Below the pieces are notes generated by a model that saw only the letters and a list, made by a program, of their open reading frames with translations, was not told the origin of the DNA and ran no database searches. This document shows positions 46,937 to 60,241 of a stretch of DNA of 64,000 nucleotides, piece after piece. Within the stretch, counting starts at the first letter, position 1. Every line of letters begins with the position of its first letter. A program made the translations under genes and the position numbers. Source of the stretch: Nemertoderma westbladi (lineage: Eukaryota; Animalia; Xenacoelomorpha); contig JAUCBJ010007419.1 of assembly GCA_032718475.1 (NCBI GenBank), positions 1 through 64,000 of the forward strand, read 5' to 3'.

Positions 46937-49840
46937 AGTCAGACAGGGCGGTGTCCATGGTTACTGGGATGGAGGCCGTCTGACAGGGCGGGGTCCATGG
47001 TTACGGAGATGGAGACAGTCAGGCAGGGCGGGTCTATGGTTACTGGGATGGAGGCCGTCAGACAGGGCGGGGTCCATGGTTACGGAGATGGAGACAGTCA
47101 GGCAGGGCGGGTCTATGGTTACTGGGATGGAGGCCGTCAGACAGGGCGGGGTCCATGGTTCCGGGGATGGAGACAGTCAGACAGGGCGGGGTCCATGGTT
47201 CCGGGGATGGAGGCCGTCAGACAGGATGGGGTCCATGGTTCCGGGGATGGAGACAGTCAGACAGGGCGGGGTCCATTGTTACTGGGATGGAGGCCGTCAG
47301 ACAGGGCGGGGCGGGGTCCATGGTTCCGGGGATGGAGGCCGTCAGACAGGGCGGGGTCCATGGTTACAGGGATGGAGGCCGTCAGACAGGGCGGGGCGGG
47401 GTCCATGGTTCCGGGGATGGAGGCAGTCAGACAGGGCGGGGTCCATGGTTCCGGGGTTGGAGACAGTCAGACAGGGCGAGGTCCATGGTTACTGGGATGG
47501 AGGCCGTCAGACAGGGCGTGGTTCATGGTTCCGAAGATGGAGACAGGGAGGGGTCTATGGTTCTGGGGATGGAGGCCATCAGACACGGCGGGGCGGGGTC
47601 CATGGTTCCGGGGATGGAGGCCGTCAGACAGGGCGGTGTCCATGGTTCCGGGGATGGAGACAGTCAGACGGGGCGGCCTCCATGGTTCCGGGGATAGAGG
47701 CCGTCAGACAGGGCGGCCTCCATGGTTCCGGGGATGGAGGCAGTCAGACAGGGCGGCCTCCATGGTTCCGGGAATGGAGACAGTCAGACAGGCCGTGTCT
47801 ATGGTTCCGGGGATGGAGACAGTCAGACAGGGCGGCCTCCATGGTTCCGGGGATGGAGGCAGTCAGACAGGGCGGGGTCCATGGTTCCGGGGTTGGAGAC
47901 AGTCAGACAGGGCGGCCTCCATGGTTCCGGGGTTGGAAAAAGTCAGACAGGGCGGCCTCCATGGTTCCGGGGATGGAGACAGTCAGACAGGCCGGGTCTA
48001 TGGTTCCGGGGATGGAGACAGTCAGACAGGGCGGGGTCCATAGTTCCGGGGATGGAGGCCGTCAGACAGGGCGGGATGCATGGTTACTGGGATGGAGGCC
48101 GTCAGACAGGGCGGGTCTATGGTTCCGGGGATGGAGACAGTCAGACAGGGCGGTGTCCATGGTTCCGGGGATGGAGGCCGTCAGACAGGGCGGTGTCCAT
48201 GGTTCCGGGGATGGAGGCCGTCAGAGAGGGCGGTGTCCATGGTTACTGGGATGGAGGCCGTCAGACAGGACGGCGTCCATGGTTACTGGGATGGAGGCAG
48301 TCAGACAGGGTGGGGTCCATGGTTCCGGGGATGGAGGGGTTTGGTGAATTCTTAGCCCGCGAGTTAGTAAAGCAGCAGGTTAGTAAAGGAGCAGGTTTCA
48401 GAGGCTATTGGGGGAAACAAAACAATAAACGTTATTGTTTTGCGGGCTAAGAATGCGCACGGGCTAAGAATATTCGCGGGCTAAGAATACTCGCGGGCTA
48501 AGAATTCCTGAGACCGAAGGAGGCCATCAGCGGGGTCCATGGTTCTGGGGATGGAGGCCGTTAGAAAGGGCGGGATCCATGGTTCCGGGTTCCGGGAATG
48601 GAGACCGTAAGACAGGGCGGGTTTCATGGTTCCGGGAATGGAGACATTCAGACAGGGCGGCCTCCATGGTTCCGGGGATGGAGGCCGTCAGACAGGGCGG
48701 GTCTATGGTTACTGGGATGGAGGCCGTCAGGCAGGGCATGGTTCCGGGAATGGAGACAGTCAGACAGGGCGGCCTCCATGGTTCCGGGGATGGAGGCAGT
48801 CAGACAGGGCAGGGTCCATGGTTCCGGGGATGGAGGCAGTCAGACAGGGCGGCCTCCATGGTTCCGGGGATGGAGGCCGTCAGACAGCGAGTGTTCCATG
48901 GTTCCGGGAATGGAGACAGTCAGACAGGCCGGGTCTATGGTTCCGGGGATGGAGGCAGTCAGACAGGGCGGCCTCCATGGTTCCGGGGATGGAGGCCGTC
49001 AGACAGGGCGGGGCGGGGTCCATGGTTCCGGGGATGGAGGCAGTCAGACAGGGCGGGGTCCATGGTTCCGGGGATGGAGACAGTCAGACAGGCCGGGTCT
49101 ATGGTTCCGGGGATGGAGACAGTCAGACAGGCCGGGTCTATGGTTCCGGGGATGGAGACAGTCTGACAGGGCAGGGTCCATGGTTCCGGGGATGGCGGCA
49201 GTCAGACAGGGCAGGGTCCATGGTTCCGGGGATGGAGGCAGTCAGATAGGGCGGGGTCCAAGGTTCCGGGGATGGAGACAGTCAGACAGGCCGGGTCCAT
49301 GGTTCAGGGGATGGCGGCAGTCAGTCAGGGCGGCCTCCATGGTTCCGGGGATAGAGGCCGTCAGACAGGGCAGCCTCCATGGTTCCGGGGATGGAGGCAG
49401 TCAGACAGGGCGGCCTCCATTGTTCCGGGGATGGAGGCAGTCAGACAGGGCAGGGTCCATGGTTCCGGGGATGGAGGCAGTCAGATAGGGCGGGGTCCAA
49501 GGTTCCGGGGATGGAGACAGTCAGACAGGCCGGGTCCATGGTTCAGGGGATGGCGGCAGTCAGTCAGGGCGGCCTCCATGGTTCCGGGGATAGAGGCCGT
49601 CAGACAGGGCAGCCTCCATGGTTCCGGGGATGGAGGCAGTCAGACAGGGCGGGGTCCATGGTTCCGGGGATGGAGACAGTCAGACAGGCCGGGTCTATGG
49701 TTCCGGGGATGGAGACAGTCAGACAGGGCGGGGTCCATGGTTCCGGGGATGGAGACAGTCAGACAGGCCGGGTCTATGGTTCAGGGAATGGAGACAGTCA
49801 GACAGGCCGGGTCTATGGTTCCGGGGATAGAGGCCGTCAG
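46937..49840. repeat. GC-rich 39-40-bp minisatellite (~68 copies) interrupted by a MITE
   Basis: Unit GTCAGACAGGGCGGGGTCCATGGTTCCGGGGATGGAGRCM; the overlapping ORFs are repeat artefacts. Confidence 0.95.
48338..48515. mobile_element. Small MITE inserted in the minisatellite
   Basis: Inverted ends GG...GAATTCTTAGCCCGCGAGT / ACTCGCGGGCTAAGAATTC...CC, four CGGGCTAAGAAT repeats, near-TSD GATGGAGG/GAAGGAGG. Confidence 0.7.
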
Positions 49841-50729
49841 TTAACGGAATATTACTTTGAAAACATTTACAACATCTAATGAGGGTTTCTGAGTTATAGA
49901 TATTTATTCCTGTATGTTTAGCCTCGATCCATCGATAAAATCTACTGCTGTCACCAATAGATCGCCCTAATATAAAGTCAATGTCAATGAACTTCTAGGC
50001 GCAATAAATGAATTGTCCCGGGTTTACATAGTTTAATATAAGTGTGACCTTGTAAATAGAAATAAATAAAGAAAGAGAAACAATTGAAGAATAACATGTG
50101 AGGTAGACAAAATTACTTTTATATATTATTATATTTGTGACAGCTGTTAGGGACGTTGAACAAGTTGATAAATATAAATATAATTTATTGTTAGATTATA
50201 ATACAAGCGGGCGACCAAGCAGGGTTTGGTTGTAAAGCCATATGGTTCGGCCGGGTGTAACACAAAGAGATGATTGCTTCAATGCTCTCTCAGACTAGGG
50301 CGAACAACCCTCAATACAATTAGTTTACTGTAAATGGCGAAATGATATTGCCTAATACGTTTGTCAACATAAAACTTATAATATCTACGTTATGTACTTT
50401 ATTAAGAGTTCACAGTATTTATTTACTTAGGACGACAATTCACACGCGATAAGCACGACTCATAAAGCGCAATCATTGTGTTCAGGGAACTGGGAATTAT
50501 TGTGCAATATTGTATCAATTCAGTTATCAGTTTTATTATTATTAACATTAATGAATACAACTGCAGTTACAGACTAGAGACACAAATCAATATAAAAAGT
50601 AAACATAACCCACGACAGTGAAGAACTACTAACAATTTATTGTCCTAATATTAATTATGTCCACAATAAACTAACAGCAGTTCTAATATATATATAATGG
50701 CGATATCTAATATTTAATAAACACTATTT

Positions 50730-53700
50730 ACTTCGCTGTATTTTCCCGTTACCTATTTGACCTTTATGTATTTTCCCCCAAACTTCGCTGTATTTTCCCG
50801 TTACCTATTTGACCTTTATGTATTTTCCACCAACCTTCGCTGTATTTTCCCGTTACCTATTTGACCTTTATGTATTTTCCCCCAAACTTCGCTGTATTTT
50901 CCCGTTACCTATTTGACCTTTATGTATTTTCCACCAACCTTCGCTGTATTTTCCCGTTACCTATTTGACCTTTATGTATTTTCCCCCAAACTTCGCTGTA
51001 TTTTCCCGTTACCTATTTGACCTTTATGTATTTTCCACCAAACTTCGCTGTATTTTCCCGTTACCTATTTGACCTTTATGTATTTTCCCCCAAACTTCGC
51101 TGTATTTTCCCGTTACCTATTTGACCTTTATGTATTTTCCACCAACCTTCGCTGTATTTTCCCGTTACCTATTTGACCTTTATGTATTTTCCACCAAACT
51201 TCGCTGTATTTTCCCGTTACCTATTTGACCTTTATGTATTTTCCCCCAAACTTCGCTGTATTTTCCCGTTACCTATTTGACCTTTATGTATTTTCCCCCA
51301 AACTTCGCTGTATTTTCCCGTTACCTATTTGACCTTTATGTATTTTCCCCCAAACTTCGCTGTATTTTCCCGTTACCTATTTGACCTTTATGTATTTTCC
51401 CCCAAACTTCGCTGTATTTTCCCGTTACCTATTTGACCTTTATGTATTTTCCACCAAACTTCGCTGTATTTTCCCGTTACCTATTTGACCTTTATGTATT
51501 TTCCCCAAACTTCGCTGTATTTTCCCGTTACCTATTTGACCTTTATGTATTTTCCCCCAAACTTCGCTGTATTTTCCCGTTACCTATTTGACCTTTATGT
51601 ATTTTCCCCCAAACTTCGCTGTATTTTCCCGTTACCTATTTGACCTTTATGTATTTTCCCCCAAACTTCGCTGTATTTTCCCGTTACCTATTTTACCTTT
51701 ATGTATTTTCCACCAAACTTCGCTGTATTTTCCCGTTACCTATTTGACCTTTATGTATTTTCCCCCAACCTTCGCTCTATTTTCCCGTTACCTATTTTAC
51801 CTTTATGTATTTTCCACCAAACTTCGCTGTATTTTCCCGTTACCTATTTGACCTTTATGTATTTTCCCCAAACTTCGCTGTATTTTCCCGTTACCTATTT
51901 GACCTTTATGTATTTTCCCCCAACCTTCGCTGTATTTTCCCGTTACCTATTTTACCTTTATGTATTTTCCACCAAACTTCGCTCTATTTTCCCGTTACCT
52001 ATTTTACCTTTATGTATTTTCCACCAAACTTCGCTGTATTTTCCCGTTACCTATTTGACCTTTATGTATTTTCCACCAAACTTCGCTGTATTTTCCCGTT
52101 ACCTATTTGACCTTTATGTATTTTCCCCAAACTTCGCTGTATTTTCCCGTTACCTATTTGACCTTTATGTATTTTCCCCCAAACTTCGCTGTATTTTCCC
52201 GTTACCTATTTGACCTTTATGTATTTTCCACCAAACTTCGCTGTATTTTCCCGTTACCTATTTGACCTTTATGTATTTTCCCCCAAACTTCGCTGTATTT
52301 TCCCGTTACCTATTTTACCTTTATGTATTTTCCACCAAACTTCGCTGTATTTTCCCGTTACCTATTTGACCTTTATGTATTTTCCCCCAACCTTCGCTGT
52401 ATTTTCCCGTTACCTATTTTACCTTTATGTATTTTCCACCAAACTTCGCTGTATTTTCCCGTTACCTATTTTACCTTTATGTATTTTCCACCAAACTTCG
52501 CTGTATTTTCCCGTTACCTATTTGACCTTTATGTATTTTCCCCCAAACTTCGCTGTATTTTCCCGTTACCTATTTGACCTTTATGTATTTTCCACCAAAC
52601 TTCGCTGTATTTTCCCGTTACCTATTTGACCTTTATGTATTTTCCACCAAACTTCGCTGTATTTTCCCGTTACCTATTTGACCTTTATGTATTTTCCCCA
52701 AACTTCGCTGTATTTTCCCGTTACCTCAAACTTCGCTGTATTTTCCCGTTACCTATTTGACCTTTATGTATTTTCCACCAACCTTCGCTGTATTTTCCCG
52801 TTACCTATTTGACCTTTATGTATTTTCCCCCAAACTTCGCTGTATTTTCCCGTTACCTATTTGACCTTTATGTATTTTCCACCAAACTTCGCTGTATTTT
52901 CCCGTTACCTATTTGACCTTTATGTATTTTCCCCAAACTTCGCTGTATTTTCCCGTTACCTATTTGACCTTTATGTATTTTCCACCAAACTTCGCTGTAT
53001 TTTCCCGTTACCTATTTGACCTTTATGTATTTTCCCCAAACTTCGCTGTATTTTCCCGTTACCTATTTGACCTTTATGTATTTTCCCCCAACCTTCGCTG
53101 TATTTTCCCGTTACCTATTTTACCTTTATGTATTTTCCACCAAACTTCGCTGTATTTTCCCGTTACCTATTTTACCTTTATGTATTTTCCACCAAACTTC
53201 GCTCTATTTTCCCGTTACCTATTTGACCTTTATGTATTTTCCACCAAACTTCGCTGTATTTTCCCGTTACCTATTTGACCTTTATGTATTTTCCCCAAAC
53301 TTCGCTGTATTTTCCCGTTACCTATTTGACCTTTATGTATTTTCCCCCAAACTTCGCTGTATTTTCCCGTTACCTATTTGACCTTTATGTATTTTCCACC
53401 AAACTTCGCTGTATTTTCCCGTTACCTATTTGACCTTTATGTATTTTCCACCAAACTTCGCTGTATTTTCCCGTTACCTATTTTACCTTTATGTATTTTC
53501 CACCAAACTTCGCTGTATTTTCCCGTTACCTATTTGACCTTTATGTATTTTCCACCAAACTTCGCTGTATTTTCCCGTTACCTATTTTACCTTTATGTAT
53601 TTTCCACCAAACTTCGCTGTATTTTCCCGTTACCTATTTTACCTTTATGTATTTTCCACCAAACTTCGCTGTATTTTCCCGTTACCTATTTGACCTTTAT

Positions 53701-55703
53701 GTATTTTCCACCAAACTTCGCTGTATTTTCCCGTTACCTATTTGACCTTTATGTATTTTCCACCAAACTTCGCTGTATTTTCCCGTTACCTATTTGACCT
53801 TTATGTATTTTCCACCAAACTTCGCTGTATTTTCCCGTTACCTATTTGACCTTTATGTATTTTCCACCAAACTTCGCTGTATTTTCCCGTTACCTATTTG
53901 ACCTTTATGTATTTTCCACCAAACTTCGCTGTATTTTCCCGTTACCTATTTGACCTTTATGTATTTTCCCCCAAACTTCGCTGTATTTTCCCGTTACCTA
54001 TTTGACCTTTATGTATTTTCCACCAAACTTCGCTGTATTTTCCCGTTACCTATTTGACCTTTATGTATTTTCCCCAAACTTCGCTGTATTTTCCCGTTAC
54101 CTATTTGACCTTTATGTATTTTCCACCAAACTTCACTGTATTTTCCCGTTACCTATTTGACCTTTATGTATTTTTCCCCAAACTTCGCTGTATTTTCCCG
54201 TTACCTATTTGACCTTTATGTATTTTCCCCAAACTTCGCTGTATTTTCCCGTTACCTATTTGACCTTTATGTATTTTCCACCAAACTTCGCTGTATTTTC
54301 CCGTTACCTATTTGACCTTTATGTATTTTCCCCCAAACTTCGCTGTATTTTCCCGTTACCTATTTGACCTTTATGTATTTTCCACCAAACTTCGCTGTAT
54401 TTTCCCGTTACCTATTTGACCTTTATGTATTTTCCCCCAAACTTCGCTGTATTTTCCCGTTACCTATTTGACCTTTATGTATTTTCCACCAAACTTCGCT
54501 GTATTTTCCCGTTACCTATTTGACCTTTATGTATTTTCCCCAAACTTCGCTGTATTTTCCCGTTACCTATTTGACCTTTATGTATTTTCCACCAAACTTC
54601 GCTGTATTTTCCCGTTACCTATTTGACCTTTATGTATTTTCCCCCAAACTTCGCTGTATTTTCCCGTTACCTATTTGACCTTTATGTATTTTCCCCCAAA
54701 CTTCGCTGTATTTTCCCGTTACCTATTTGACCTTTATGTATTTTCCACCAAACTTCGCTGTATTTTCCCGTTACCTATTTGACCTTTATGTATTTTCCAC
54801 CAAACTTCGCTGTATTTTCCCGTTACCTATTTGACCTTTATGTATTTTCCACCAAACTTCGCTGTATTTTCCCGTTACCTATTTGACCTTTATGTATTTT
54901 CCACCAACCTTCGCTGTATTTTCCCGTTACCTATTTGACCTTTATGTATTTTCCCCCAAACTTCGCTGTATTTTCCCGTTACCTATTTGACCTTTATGTA
55001 TTTTCCACCAAACTTCGCTGTATTTTCCCGTTACCTATTTGACCTTTATGTATTTTCCACCAAACTTCGCTGTATTTTCCCGTTACCTATTTGACCTTTA
55101 TGTATTTTCCCCCAAACTTCGCTGTATTTTCCCGTTACCTATTTGACCTTTATGTATTTTCCACCAACCTTCGCTGTATTTTCCCGTTACCTATTTGACC
55201 TTTATGTATTTTCCCCCAACCTTCGCTGTATTTTCCCGTTACCTATTTGACCTTTATGTATTTTCCCCAAACTTCGCTGTATTTTCCCGTTACCTATTTG
55301 ACCTTTATGTATTTTCCACCAAACTTCGCTGTATTTTCCTGTTACCTATTTGACCTTTATGTATTTTCCACCAAACTTCGCTCTATTTTCCCGTTACCTA
55401 TTTGACCTTTATGTATTTTCCACCAAACTTCGCTGTATTTTCCCGTTACCTATTTTACCTTTATGTATTTTCCCCCAAACTTCGCTGTATTTTCCCGTTA
55501 CCTATTTTACCTTTATGTATTTTCCCCCCAAACTTCGCTGTATTTTCCCGTTACCTATTTTACCTTTATGTATTTTCCACCAAACTTCGCTGTATTTTCC
55601 CGTTACCTATTTTACCTTTATGTATTTTCCACCAAACTTCGCTGTATTTTCCCGTAATCTACTTGACCTCTATGTATTTTTCCCCATACTTCGCTGTATT
55701 TTC
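50730..55703. repeat. 52-bp tandem array (~95 copies, highly homogeneous) at the 3' end of the CCDC59-like gene
   Basis: Unit CTTCGCTGTATTTTCCCGTTACCTATTTGACCTTTATGTATTTTCCMCCAAA. Confidence 0.97.
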
Positions 55704-58700
55704 TCAAGAATATTCTCCATTTGGTATTTCATAACGGGTTGGCCTTTAGATGTTTTTCTACTAAGCTTCCTGTAAGTTTCTCTCTGTAATGTTTCTCTTT
55801 CTTTTTTTAAACGTTTTCTCTCTTCGGCTTCGGTAAACCTCTGTAATCTCTCATCTTCCCTCCTCTTCATTAATTCCTCTCTCTCCCTAATCGCATTGGC
55901 TATAGAAGTCGTTTTCCCGGCTTTTCTACAAAAAATACCAAAATATTTCATTTGAAAATCTAAACGTGGGCTAGATTTAACTAGGAATATATTTAACTAG
56001 GAAAAGATTTAACAAGCAATAGATTTAACTAGGAATAGATTTAACTAGGAAAAGATTTAACAAGCAATAGATTTAACTAGGAATAGATTTTACTGGGAAT
56101 AAATTTAACTTGGGATAGATTTAACTACGGCTACATTTAACTAGGATTACATTTAACTAGGGCTGTATTTAAATAGGTTAGATTTAACTAGGGAAAAATT
56201 TAACTAGGTCTAGATTTAGCAAGGGTTAGATGTAACTACGGCTAAATTTAACTAGGGCTAGATTTAACTAGTTAGATTTAACTAGGGTTAAATTTAAATA
56301 GTGTTAGACTTAACTTTTTTTTTTCTTATACACCTCCGGTCGAGGTAAATCTATATTAATAATAATTATTGGTTAACAATTAACATTAACAACATATAAA
56401 TAGCACAAAAAGAATTAGAATAGGAGCTCGCTAGGAGGGTATCGACTATTAATTAATATAGTGGGAGTTTAACTAGATGCAAGCTGCGACAATTTCGGGG
56501 CCATCGGACATTCTAGACAGTGATACCGATAAGAGCAGGGTTGATAACAGAATCGACAGATACAGGTCGAGTCTAGATCATGAAAGAGCTGGGTGTTAAC
56601 AAACAGTTTGTGGTGGAATCCATGTGCTGTTGCCCTGGTTACTACATGACGGTTATTCTGTTTGGCTAATTTCCAAGATAAGAGATTCGAACGCTGGACC
56701 GTTACGATACTTCTGCACTTCAAAGTTCAGTTCACGCAGTCGTCTGAATTATTTGTATTGTTCTAGAATTTCGGTGTCTAGAGAGTTTGGGGATTTTTCG
56801 ATTATAATCTTCAATGAAAGTCTTTTCATTAACCTAGTGTAGTGCTAAAGTTGCGGAGGCGGATTTATGTAAACAGAGCATACGTTTTATAAACATTGAT
56901 TTAATTCTATCAAGTTTAGCAGAAACGCCGTCGGCTCTCTTCCGATAACCACGGCCATGAATAGGTTTAGTAAACCGATCATTATCCAGTCCTCCTGTAG
57001 GATATATCTCTTCTGATATATCTTTATCGCTCCTCTTCGGAACTGATACACCTCCTGTTTCCCTGTCTCGCTCCCCATTTCACTGAGTTCGCCAATTCCG
57101 CTCCGTACTCCTCCCGGAACTTACCCCAGTCCATCCGCTTGTGGAAGACAAGGCCCATGAGCTGGCCCATCGCCACTGCTTCACAATGTCCTGTGCCCGC
57201 TCCGTGTTCCTCCCGGAACTTGCCCCAGTCCATCGGCGTGTGGCAGACAAGGCCCATGAGCTGGCCCATCGCCACTGCTTCACAATGTCCTGTGTTCTCT
57301 ACCACCCCCAAAGTGCCAATTTTTCTGTAGTCTTATTTTATTTTTCTTATGTTCCCCCCTGTCTGTATTATCCTATCTACCTTTCTACTTCCTTCTTACT
57401 ATGTACCCTACTACTGCTATGGTATGCCTACATACCCTTTATTTTCTTACTATCTCTTATTTTCTTACCGTTCTGCGGGGCAGTCGTGCTAGTTGCTTTG
57501 GCCGAAGGCCGTTGGGGAAAACAATAAGAGTTTTGTTGTTTCTCAATATTGATAACGCAGATGATAATAGCACGTCGGTAGTGATACAGATGTAATAGCA
57601 GAAAAATACAGGTTAATTGTTAATGGCGGTGACGGTCATTAACTATGACCGGTCTGCACTGACTGAGTAACTGAATCAACTGACCGGTAAATCAGTAATG
57701 TAGGATAATATATGATTAACACACATGAATATTGATTTCACCTCTTACTGTACTTTGGCCCTCTGTACCCAATGGATGCTTTCTTATCTCTAATCACGTG
57801 CTTCCCTCCCCACTATTGGCTAATATACTAATTGTCACTTTGGCACTCCCTGTGAGTGTTTCCCCCCGCTGCTAGCCTCTACTAGCTGTATTCCCTCCGA
57901 GGTGGTTTTACCTCTCACCTCTCTCTGTGGCTTTGGGGCTTGTGTCCCCCCCCCCCCCCCCCCCCCCAATGTTGGTTATGAGACGATATTAATATTGGTA
58001 TATCTCGTATCCCCAACATATTGCTAAAATGCCACTGGTCCCATTTTCTGGTGGGTAATGAAGTGGAATTGAATCCGTTTACATTTTTGATAATTCTTCA
58101 ATTATCCTTCTAAGTGCCAAAATGGGCTCCATGGTCCCACGACCTTTACGGAACCCATTCTGATTTCCACGGAGCAGTCTCTCAATGGGATCCCTGATGC
58201 GATTTAATAGAATTCTATTGTATAGCTTTGCAGCAATCGAGATCAATAATTGATTTAAATAGGGAAAGATTTAACCATGGCTAGATTTAACTAGAGCTAG
58301 ATTTAACTAGGAATATATTTTACTAGGAATAGATTTAACCAGGGCTAGATTTTAACTATGGCAAGATTTAACTAGGAATATAATTAACTTTGGCTACATT
58401 CAACTACGGCTAGATTTAACTAGGGCTAGATTTAACTAGGGTTAGATTTAAATAGGGTTATTTTTAACTAGGGCTGGGTTTGGTTTAACTAGTGTTAGAT
58501 TTAACTGGGGCCAGGGACAGGATACGATACGATTTTTGTATTTTATCTTATTGAATTTCGTATATCAGAAATAGGTTTTCGAATTGTTATAATACGAATA
58601 AAAATTTACGCATTTACGTATTGTATTTTCGTATTTACGCATTTTCGTATCGTTTTTATGTGTCAATGATAACAGTAATCACGCTATTTTATTCATGTTT

Positions 58701-59402
58701 TTTGTAAAATGTCTCTAAATTCAATTCTCATTTGTAATAATAATAACAATAAATTTAATTAAATCAATAAAATAACATGAACCAATAACCTCAGCATAGT
58801 ACGAATATATTTAGAATTATCTCAATACGTGTTACCTGGTAACATTATTTATAGATAGTTGGATGAGATATATTTTATTAAGGTAGCGGATCTATTTTTG
58901 TATTTAAATAATAATAAAATAAATTTCATAGATAGTCCAATGTAATTAAACGTTCTATTTTCGCTAATCCCAAATCGACGAAATAATTAATGTTTGTCTC
59001 ACTCAATGCTAAAACTGTCAATTAATGGAAAAGAGCAGGTTACAGTGATAAAAAGTAAAATTTCAAAATTAGTTCATTTAAAAAGTAATTACTTAAGAAA
59101 AAATACGATACGAATAAAGGTCAACAAATTTATTGGAAAAAAATAAACTTATCTTTGACAAGTTTTGTAAGTCGTTAAATTATTATTTATAAAATGTTTG
59201 GGATACCTGTTGGGTTTTTTGTCTAGGACATTGGTATCCTCTTTATCCTCTACATCCTCAGTGTCACTGTACTCAACTACAGGCACATTCCAGGTTGCTT
59301 TCTTCTTTAATTTCGCGTACTGGCGAATTAATCGGGTTTGCTCTTTAGAGCGAGTGGTCTTCCGGTCTGTCCCTGGGAGGTACGTGAGAATATCATTAAT
59401 AT
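55670..59402 (-). CDS. CCDC59: CCDC59/TAP26 (Fyv7-like rRNA-processing protein); exons ~59402-59207 and 55925-55670, start not resolved
   Basis: The C-terminal YRKLSRKTSKGQPVMKYQMENILEKIQ is the family signature. The upstream exon RLIRQYAKLKKKA...DTEDVEDKED joins in frame via AG|GTATCC...TTTGTAG|A. Confidence 0.7.
55968..56315. repeat. ~20-bp intronic repeat AGATTTAACTAGGRMT (left half)
   Basis: About 17 degenerate copies; the same repeat resumes at 58255-58510. Confidence 0.9.
56460..57080 (-). pseudogene. Non-LTR retrotransposon ORF2 3' fragment
   Basis: LDRIKSMFIKRMLCLHKSAS ... WK...RHVVTRATAHGFHHKL...CICRFC...YHCLECP terminal Zn knuckle. Confidence 0.6.
58079..58243 (-). pseudogene. RTE-clade LINE reverse transcriptase fragment
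   Basis: SIAAKLYNRILLNRIRDPIERLLRGNQNGFRKGRGTMEPILALRRIIEE (RT domains 1-2). Not in the ORF track. Confidence 0.85.
58255..58510. repeat. ~20-bp intronic repeat (right half)
   Basis: AGATTTAACTAGGGCT copies. Confidence 0.9.
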
Positions 59403-60241
59403 CTTAGTGGTTGGTTGGCATGGGCCATATGGGTGGGAGGGACGGTGGCAGTCAAGCAGTGAGAGTGTAATACGTTTATAACTATAAAACAAAAGCTTTG
59501 TGGGATATCTAAATAGACAGCAGTTGGCAGCTACTGTATGTGTGTTATTAGGCCACATACCTCTATTATTATTATTATGATTATTATAGTTACGTATTAC
59601 ATATACTTATTAAACTTAATATCTTTGAGTGGATAAGTCACACCGTCTAAGGAATATCAGACAAGGGGAGGAGGGAATGTTAATGAAATCATTCATTCAA
59701 ACTCAATCAATGCCAAATCATATCAATCATGAAACATTCGATTATAGGAGAACCCATTTGGAGTTATTATATTATAGGAACTTCAAATAGTTGGCCTTTA
59801 GTTTATTATACTAAACACGAAGATAAGGTGCTATCTAATTCTCAGAAAGAATAATTGTGTATATTAATGTATACCGGTACATCACTATTAGATATTGATA
59901 GGAAATAAAATATGACGTGTAAGTATAATATTAATTAAATAATATAATATTTAATACCGCGATAATTGTAAAGTTGTATCTCTCTATATTAATAAAATAT
60001 TGAATCCAAGGAATAATCAATAAAAAAAAAGCTGATCACGAGTAAAAATGAAACTGTAACATACATAACTGTGCAATTGACTTTCGTTTATTGTTTTGGT
60101 TAGAATAGCATGCCAGTGTAACCTGCACCTTCCCCTCCATTGATAATTAACATTGATAATTTGCCGAGATGGATTTTCGAGATAGTATTTATTATAGCAA
60201 ACTCAATTATTGAAGTAACAATCAACTATTTATTCTTACAG

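Noticed and set aside
46997-49879. Long overlapping ORFs (MVPGMEAVRQGG...)
   Set aside because: All three frames cycle through the same peptides because the 39-40-bp unit lacks stops; repeat artefact.
51588-55775. Hydrophobic ORFs in the 52-bp array, and similar ORFs at 29136-29894 and 61225-63886
   Set aside because: Translations of tandem repeats.
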